Shown here in pieces: positions 34,667 through 40,161 of a DNA stretch of 40,161 bases. Origin of the DNA: an uncultured Eubacteriales bacterium (GTDB lineage Bacteria; Bacillota_I; Bacilli_A; RF39; UBA660); the NCBI GenBank assembly GCA_900321795.1, contig ONXO01000035.1:1-40161 (forward strand), written 5' to 3'. The notes under the pieces are model-generated. The model saw only the letters and a list, made by a program, of their open reading frames with translations, was not told the origin of the DNA and ran no database searches. The first letter of the stretch is position 1. Each line of letters begins with the position of its first letter. The translations under genes and the position numbers were made by a program.

Positions 34667-37162
34667 TTCTTCTTCTAGTTTCTTCTTTTCTTCTTCTACA
34701 AGACTAGCTGGCGCTTTACTTACAAATCCCTGATTAGATAGTAGGCCTTCACGTTTTTTTATGCTCATCTTTAATCCTTCTATTTGCTTTAGAATTAAAG
34801 CTTTATCTTCTTCAGTTACTTCTTTTTCATAATAAATAGTAGCTTTAAATCTTCCAGCTTGAACATTATAACTTGTGATATCTAATGCTTCAGTAACTAA
34901 ATTATCTTGAATTTTAAGCATTTTATTAATTAATGTGTAGTCTTCATTTGTTTCAAGTTTTACTTTTGCATCTTTACTTATGCCATTTTCTTGCTTAACA
35001 TTTCTAAATGCAGCTATAAAACTTATTGTTTCTTCTATTAAAGCTTCTTCATTTTCAAAGTTAAAATCTTTATTAACTATAGGATAAGAACTTATCATAA
35101 TATTTTCTGCATCTTTAATAGGAAGCATATCATATATTTCATCAGTTACATAAGGCATGAATGGATGAAGCATTTTTAAAATAGCATTTATTGTGTAGCA
35201 AAGTGTAGATTTAGTTGAAACATTACCCTGACTAAACTTACTCATTTCTATATATGAATCGCAGAAGTCTTCCCATATAAAATTATATAATTCATTTCCA
35301 GCATTATTAAATTCATATTTTTCCATTGAATCAGTAACACTTTTAATAACTTTATTTAGCTTATTTAGTATCCATTTATCTTTATCATCTATTTGGCTAA
35401 AATTATACTCTTTTAAATCTTCGATATTCATTAAACAGAATCTAGATGCATTCCATAATTTATTAATGAAGTTCCAAGTGCTTTTAACCTTTTCTTCATC
35501 ATATCTCAAATCTTGTCCTTGTGCAGTAGAAGTTGTTAAGAAATATCTAAGTGCATCACATCCATATTCTTCAATAACATCCATTGGGTCTACTCCATTA
35601 CCTAGACTCTTAGACATTTTTCTTCCTTCTTTGTCACGAATAAGTCCATGTATTAAACAGTCTTTAAATGGACGTGTTTCAGTGAAATGAAGTCCTTGGA
35701 AAGTCATTCTATTTACCCAGAATGGTATAATATCATAACCAGTAACTAATACATTATTAGGATAATACCTATCAAGTAAATCTGTTTTTTCTGGCCAACC
35801 TAAAGTGCTTAATGGCCAAAGGGCACTGCTAAACCAAGTGTCTAGCACGTCTTCATCTTGTACCCAGCCCTCGCCTTCAGGAGCATTAACTCCAACATAA
35901 ACTTCTTCACCTTTATACCAAGCAGGAATCCTGTGTCCCCACCAAAGTTGTCTAGAAATACACCAGTCATATGTTATTTCCATCCAGTGATTCATTATCT
36001 TTTCAAATCTTTCAGGTACAAAATTAACTTTAGCATTCTTATTCTTCTGATTTTCAAGCACTCTATCCGCAAGTGGTCTCATCTTAACAAACCACTGCTT
36101 AGAAAGATATGGCTCAACCATAACGCCTGATCTTTGTGAATGTCCAACATTATGTGTTATCTCTTCTATACTTATTAATAAACCAGATTCTTCCAAATCT
36201 TTAACAAGGGATTTTCTTGCCTCAAATCTGTCCATTCCTGCATATTTAAGAGCATTTTCATTCATCGTGCCATCTGGATTAATAACAATTATTCTTTCTA
36301 AGTTATGTCTATTTCCTACTTCAAAGTCATTAGGATCGTGTGCAGGTGTAATTTTAACAACACCTGTTCCAAATTCAGGGTCAGCGTGTTCATCTCCTAC
36401 AATAGGAATTAATTTATTAACAATAGGAAGAACAACATTTTTACCAATTAAATGATTGTATCTTGTGTCTTCAGGATTAACAGCAACTGCAGTATCTCCA
36501 AATAGAGTTTCAGGTCTAGTTGTAGCTACTTCTAAATACTCATCAGTTCCTTCAATAAAATACTTAATATGATAAAAAGCACCTGGAACATCTTTGTATT
36601 CAACCTCTTCATTAGAAAGAGCAGTCATAGCTTCAGGATCCCAGTTTATTATTCTCTCTCCTCTATATATTAAGCCCTCATTATATAGTTTAACAAATAC
36701 TTCTTTAACTGCATTAGAAAGTCCTTCATCCAAAGTAAATCTTTCTTTAGTATAGTCTAGTGAAAGTCCCATTTTAGCCCATTGTTTGTGAATGTTTTCA
36801 GCATATTCTCTCTTCCACTCCCAAGCTACTTTAAGCCACTCTTCTCTATCCATACTTCTTGGATTTATACCTTCACTTCTTAGTTTAGCATCAATTTTAG
36901 CTTGTGTTGCTATTCCAGCATGGTCCATCCCTGGAACCCATAAAGCATCAAAGCCTTGCATTCTTTTAAATCTAATGATTATATCTTGAAGTGTTGTATC
37001 CCAAGCATGTCCTAAATGAAGTTTACCTGTTACATTAGGTGGTGGAATAACTATGCTATATGGCTTCTTAGAAGTGTCTCCACTTTCAAAATATTTATTT
37101 TTAAGCCACTTTTCATATTTTCCTTCTTCAACTATTTTGTGATTATACTTAGTATCTAACAT
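34637..37162 (-). CDS. valS: Valine--tRNA ligase
   Basis: 841 aa. Has [14 protein letters not shown] (HIGH), KMSKSLGN, an editing domain and a C-terminal coiled coil. Confidence 0.95.
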   Translation of the reverse strand: MLDTKYNHKIVEEGKYEKWLKNKYFESGDTSKKPYSIVIPPPNVTGKLHLGHAWDTTLQDIIIRFKRMQGFDALWVPGMDHAGIATQAKIDAKLRSEGINPRSMDREEWLKVAWEWKREYAENIHKQWAKMGLSLDYTKERFTLDEGLSNAVKEVFVKLYNEGLIYRGERIINWDPEAMTALSNEEVEYKDVPGAFYHIKYFIEGTDEYLEVATTRPETLFGDTAVAVNPEDTRYNHLIGKNVVLPIVNKLIPIVGDEHADPEFGTGVVKITPAHDPNDFEVGNRHNLERIIVINPDGTMNENALKYAGMDRFEARKSLVKDLEESGLLISIEEITHNVGHSQRSGVMVEPYLSKQWFVKMRPLADRVLENQKNKNAKVNFVPERFEKIMNHWMEITYDWCISRQLWWGHRIPAWYKGEEVYVGVNAPEGEGWVQDEDVLDTWFSSALWPLSTLGWPEKTDLLDRYYPNNVLVTGYDIIPFWVNRMTFQGLHFTETRPFKDCLIHGLIRDKEGRKMSKSLGNGVDPMDVIEEYGCDALRYFLTTSTAQGQDLRYDEEKVKSTWNFINKLWNASRFCLMNIEDLKEYNFSQIDDKDKWILNKLNKVIKSVTDSMEKYEFNNAGNELYNFIWEDFCDSYIEMSKFSQGNVSTKSTLCYTINAILKMLHPFMPYVTDEIYDMLPIKDAENIMISSYPIVNKDFNFENEEALIEETISFIAAFRNVKQENGISKDAKVKLETNEDYTLINKMLKIQDNLVTEALDITSYNVQAGRFKATIYYEKEVTEEDKALILKQIEGLKMSIKKREGLLSNQGFVSKAPASLVEEEKKKLEEEKKLLESLEK

Positions 37163-37189
37163 TTAAATAACCTCCTCAAATTATTTATA

Positions 37190-37400
37190 AATAAAAAGAT
37201 GGCTACCAAAGGACGAATTATCTCGTGGTACCACCTTAATTTATTCTTATATGCTTTAACGTGCATTAACCGTTCTATTCTACTTTTATTTCAAATAAAC
37301 ACTCAAAGTCTACCTTCAGTTATCATCTATATTAGCTTCCACCATATGCTAACTCTCTGTAAAAAATAAGTAACTTACTCCTACTCTTCTTCGTTTTCGC
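37190..37400 (-). promoter_or_regulatory. T-box riboswitch leader of valS
   Basis: The minus strand carries the Stem-I elements AGAGUA and AGAGAG...GGUGGAAGC, a specifier region CUGAAGGUAGAC, the T-box AAUUAAGGUGGUACCACGAG (core at 37227-37235), and a terminator helix plus UCUUUUUAUUU. Confidence 0.85.
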
Positions 37401-37405
37401 ATCTA

Positions 37406-37434
37406 ATTATAGCATATTTCCTTTGCTTTGCCAA
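37406..37434 (-). promoter_or_regulatory. Promoter of the valS leader
   Basis: The minus strand has TTGGCA, a 17-nt spacer, then TATAAT, immediately upstream of the T-box leader. Confidence 0.65.
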
Positions 37435-37443
37435 TAGTTTTCA

Positions 37444-38913
37444 TTACTCATATTTCTTTTTATAATAGTTTATAAGACTTTCTACTTCTAAATTCTTTTT
37501 GCATATTCGGTTAGATAACTCATTTATATTGTAAGTACTTCCATATTTAAATATACTATTTGTTAGATAAGCTGTAATCTCTTTGACATTGTTTTTCTTT
37601 AAGAGCTCATCTATGCTTCCTAGTTCTTCTTCTAATTTTGCAAGTAACATAGCATCAAATATAGTACCTGCCAAGTATGAAGGAAAGTATCCAAACGAAG
37701 CATCTGACCAGTGAATATCTTGTAGAATTCCTTCACTATCATTTTGGGGTTCTATACCAAGATATTCTTTATATTTTTTATTCCAAATATTTGGTAAATC
37801 ATTTATATTTATTTTGCCATTAAATATTTCTTTTTCTATTTCATATCTTATAATTATGTGAATAGGATAAGTTAGTTCATCTGCCCTGGTTCTAATCATC
37901 GATGGACGAGAATAGTTTAAATGTTTTATTAGTTCATTTAGTGATAAATTAATTTTAGTTATCTTTTTTATGTCATTATATATTGGCAACCAAAAGTTTT
38001 TATTTCTAGCCAAAGTGTTTTCGTAAAATCTTGAAATTGACTCGTGTATAGCATTTTTATTTATTTCATAGAATGGAAAATTTTTTAATTCATTAGCTAT
38101 GTTTAGTTCGTATAAAGCATGACCTCCTTCATGGATGACAGTTAGAAAGTGGTCTATTATGTTATCTGTTTTCGGAAAAGCAATTCTTACTTCTTTATTG
38201 TTAAATTTTGCAGTGTACCCGTGAGCGAATATTCCTAAAGCACATTTGCTTGTGTCTAAATTAATATAATCTAGCAAATATTTACTAACATCTAATAAAG
38301 TATTATCATTTAAAGTGAATTTAACTTTTTTTATGTTTTTCTTCTGTTGCTTTTTTATTAAAGGTAATATTTCTTTCTTTAGATCATCAAAAAGATTATC
38401 TAAAACTTTTGTGTTTAAACCTTCTTCATAACTAGAAAGCATAGAGTCATATACATTACTATTTGGATATACATATTTATAGTATTTTGTTGAATACTTT
38501 ATTATCTTTTTTAGATATGGTTTAAATATATTATAATCATTTTCTTTCTTAGCTTTTAACCAAGCGTTTGATGATGCATCTTTCAATTTTTTAAAATCCA
38601 AATAAAAAACTTTAGGCACTTTCTTTAATATTTTATAATCTCTTTCCAAAGTAAGAATATATCTTTTTTTAGGTTCACGTAGTTTGGTAAAGTCCTTAGA
38701 AGCAAGCACTTCTTTTAGTATATCTTTATATTCTTTGCTTATTTTTAGTTCATATAGTTTTTCTTCATAAACATTTTTTAAATTAGTAGCATACTCAAAA
38801 GAACTAGAAGGTAATGTAGTATTTATTTCCCATTCTAGTACTTTTATTAAATAATTTATTTCTTCTATCTTTTCTAAATAATTTCTTAGTTTATTAAAAT
38901 GCATCAAGCTCAC
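37444..38913 (-). CDS. Carboxypeptidase, M32 family (Taq-type)
   Basis: 489 aa. Has HEGGHALYE (HExxH), IHESISRF (the HES motif) and DIHW. Confidence 0.85.
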   Translation of the reverse strand: MSLMHFNKLRNYLEKIEEINYLIKVLEWEINTTLPSSSFEYATNLKNVYEEKLYELKISKEYKDILKEVLASKDFTKLREPKKRYILTLERDYKILKKVPKVFYLDFKKLKDASSNAWLKAKKENDYNIFKPYLKKIIKYSTKYYKYVYPNSNVYDSMLSSYEEGLNTKVLDNLFDDLKKEILPLIKKQQKKNIKKVKFTLNDNTLLDVSKYLLDYINLDTSKCALGIFAHGYTAKFNNKEVRIAFPKTDNIIDHFLTVIHEGGHALYELNIANELKNFPFYEINKNAIHESISRFYENTLARNKNFWLPIYNDIKKITKINLSLNELIKHLNYSRPSMIRTRADELTYPIHIIIRYEIEKEIFNGKININDLPNIWNKKYKEYLGIEPQNDSEGILQDIHWSDASFGYFPSYLAGTIFDAMLLAKLEEELGSIDELLKKNNVKEITAYLTNSIFKYGSTYNINELSNRICKKNLEVESLINYYKKKYE

Positions 38914-38943
38914 CTATTATTATGATGCTTGTTTTCTATTAAT

Positions 38944-39570
38944 TTATTCAGCTTTAGGAAGACTCCATCTGTAGTGAGCCGCTAATAATCTTAGAGTAAA
39001 TATTATACCTATACCTATTAATGATGCAGAAATCTCGCCTAAGTTTCCCCAAAGAAAAGAACACAAGATTGCACCTAGTAATGAAGCACATGCATAGAAG
39101 TGTTTCACAAATATATATGGTCTATCTCCTGATAAAACATCTCTTAATACTCCTCCACCTACTCCAGTTAGTACTCCTACAAATATTTGAAGAAATAAGT
39201 TTTTTTCAAATCCGGATTCTATTGCTACTCTAACCCCAATTACAGTGAATAAGCCTAGTCCTAAAGAATCGAGCATACGAGTTACAAATTCATATACTTT
39301 TTTCTCTTTTATAAAAATTTTTCTTACTACCGGCAAAAATACTATTAATGCGGTTACTATAGCCACTAAGGCATCCAGTGGATTTTGAAATGCTTTAGGT
39401 GGATTTACTCCAAGAATTAAATCCCTAATTACTCCACCACCAGTTGCAGTTATTAAGCCTATTATAGCCACACCAAATATATCCATTTTCTTTTCTATTG
39501 CTACTAAAGCACCAGATAAAGAAAATGCTATTATACCAAGTATTTCAAATATAAAAAATACTTCTTCCAT
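38944..39570 (-). CDS. Trimeric intracellular cation channel (TRIC / UPF0126, YadS-like) family protein
   Basis: 208 aa. Two internal repeats each carry a GGG(V)(I/L)RD motif (TGGGVIRDL and GVGGGVLRDV). Confidence 0.8.
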   Translation of the reverse strand: MEEVFFIFEILGIIAFSLSGALVAIEKKMDIFGVAIIGLITATGGGVIRDLILGVNPPKAFQNPLDALVAIVTALIVFLPVVRKIFIKEKKVYEFVTRMLDSLGLGLFTVIGVRVAIESGFEKNLFLQIFVGVLTGVGGGVLRDVLSGDRPYIFVKHFYACASLLGAILCSFLWGNLGEISASLIGIGIIFTLRLLAAHYRWSLPKAE

Positions 39571-39757
39571 TAATTATCACCACCACTTAATTATACAATA
39601 ATCTTTAATAAAATAGTGCTATTTATGTTAATTTTGCAAGTAGTTCTTGCTAATTTAATCTTTTGAGTTTATTGTTTTTATTTTTTGTATTACTAAAAGC
39701 AGACATGTTCAGTCTGTTAAGATGTTTGCATTAGCAACCTGTTTCAAACTTTTTATT

Positions 39758-40060
39758 TCAATAATTTTCAAATGCATTTGCATTTATGATTGTATTAGAT
39801 ATAAATTTTCCTATATGAAAATTAGCCCAGTTATTAAATATACATGGAGCATTTCTAGCTTTTTCTAACACTTTATCAAGCTGGTTATTAAATGTTTCTA
39901 CGAAAAAAATTAAAAGTCCTTATATTTAAAGGTTTTTAAGTTCCAAAAGACAAATACACTCAATATGCCTTGTATGGACTGAACGAACATACTGATTTTG
40001 CATGTATTCTTTTAAATAACATATTATTTGAAATTTTTTTACCATATATGTCTGCGTATA
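39758..40060 (-). pseudogene. Broken coding remnants, possibly the C-terminal part of an IS1595/ISXO2-like transposase
   Basis: Minus-strand fragments in two frames. One is ...YVRSVHTRHIECICLLELKNL-stop, which recalls the VHTNxIExFWSxLKRG motif. The other is VETFNNQLDKVLEKARNAPCIFNNWANFHIGKF...-stop. No intact ORF. A weak hairpin (CAGAC/GTCTG) lies at about 39703-39719. Confidence 0.25.
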
Positions 40061-40082
40061 ACGAACATATTATATTTATATA

Positions 40083-40161
40083 ATTACTTTAATACTTCCC
40101 AGTAACCAGTTTTATCTGATCCTACTCTTTCAATAATATTATTATCACTTAAAACCTTAAA
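40083..40161 (-). CDS. 3' end of a gene running off the right edge; tail resembles AlbA_2/HATPase_c_4-type putative DNA-binding ATPases
   Basis: The minus strand reads FKVLSDNNIIERVGSDKTGYWEVLK-stop. The ...IERxGxxKxGYWxV tail is recalled from that family. Confidence 0.4.

Noticed and set aside
37290-37310. Declaring the valS leader a glycine-specific T-box on the basis of GAA-GGU-A
   Set aside because: A one-nucleotide shift gives GUA (Val), which matches the regulated gene. The register cannot be fixed without a covariance-model alignment.
428-39233. All plus-strand ORFs in the track. Examples are 428-628, 3262-3555, 5286-5748, 9498-9764, 10241-10555, 11942-12523, 12003-12185, 12595-12801, 13617-13865, 15647-16066, 16975-17304, 35466-36989 and 39021-39233.
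   Set aside because: Each lies antisense to a much longer minus-strand gene with clear homology, or inside a repeat module. All have low-complexity S/F/L/I-rich translations, and none has a convincing Shine-Dalgarno sequence. They are typical shadow ORFs of AT-rich DNA.

Overview
A 40.2-kb, very AT-rich chromosomal segment from a low-GC Bacillota organism, probably a spore-former given the CotF-like coat genes. Every credible gene lies on the minus strand; the plus-strand ORFs in the track look like antisense shadows. Most of the window is housekeeping or envelope backbone. In coordinate order it holds rnpB (5' part), gpsB, fmt, exonuclease III, two membrane metallophosphoesterases and two membrane-tethered XRE regulators. 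These are followed by an SDR oxidoreductase, a Fur-family-controlled putative metal-transport operon (ArsP_2-like, COG0701 permease and TIGR03943 subunit) and a YibE/F pair. Next come a Cthe_2159-like beta-helix protein, CotF-like genes, a GtrA/MFS/PHP cluster and a DUF368 (PopT)-PAP2-ATP-grasp cluster. The right side carries trpS, valS with a T-box leader, an M32 carboxypeptidase and a TRIC channel. The unusual part is 9.4-15.2 kb. Three small co-oriented gene cassettes sit there: a bPH/SHOCT protein plus an unknown 190-aa protein; a repeat-rich surface protein; and an Ig-like pseudogene plus a three-domain Hanks-type kinase. They are separated and bounded by four diverged copies of a 150-290 bp module. 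Each module carries the last ~15-30 codons of a SEC-C-type zinc-knuckle gene with no start codon, a structurally conserved terminator hairpin, paired ACGTATGTA motifs and helically phased TACAA boxes. Homology between copies breaks at a 14-bp core, CCACTGCCACATGG. No recombinase is visible in the window. I read this as an integron-like or tandem-integration cassette array of an undescribed kind, possibly a hotspot for accessory or defence genes. That reading is inference from sequence architecture only. Several decayed genes (protease, alpha/beta hydrolase, ImmA-like, possible transposase) and two genes without a canonical start codon are also noted.
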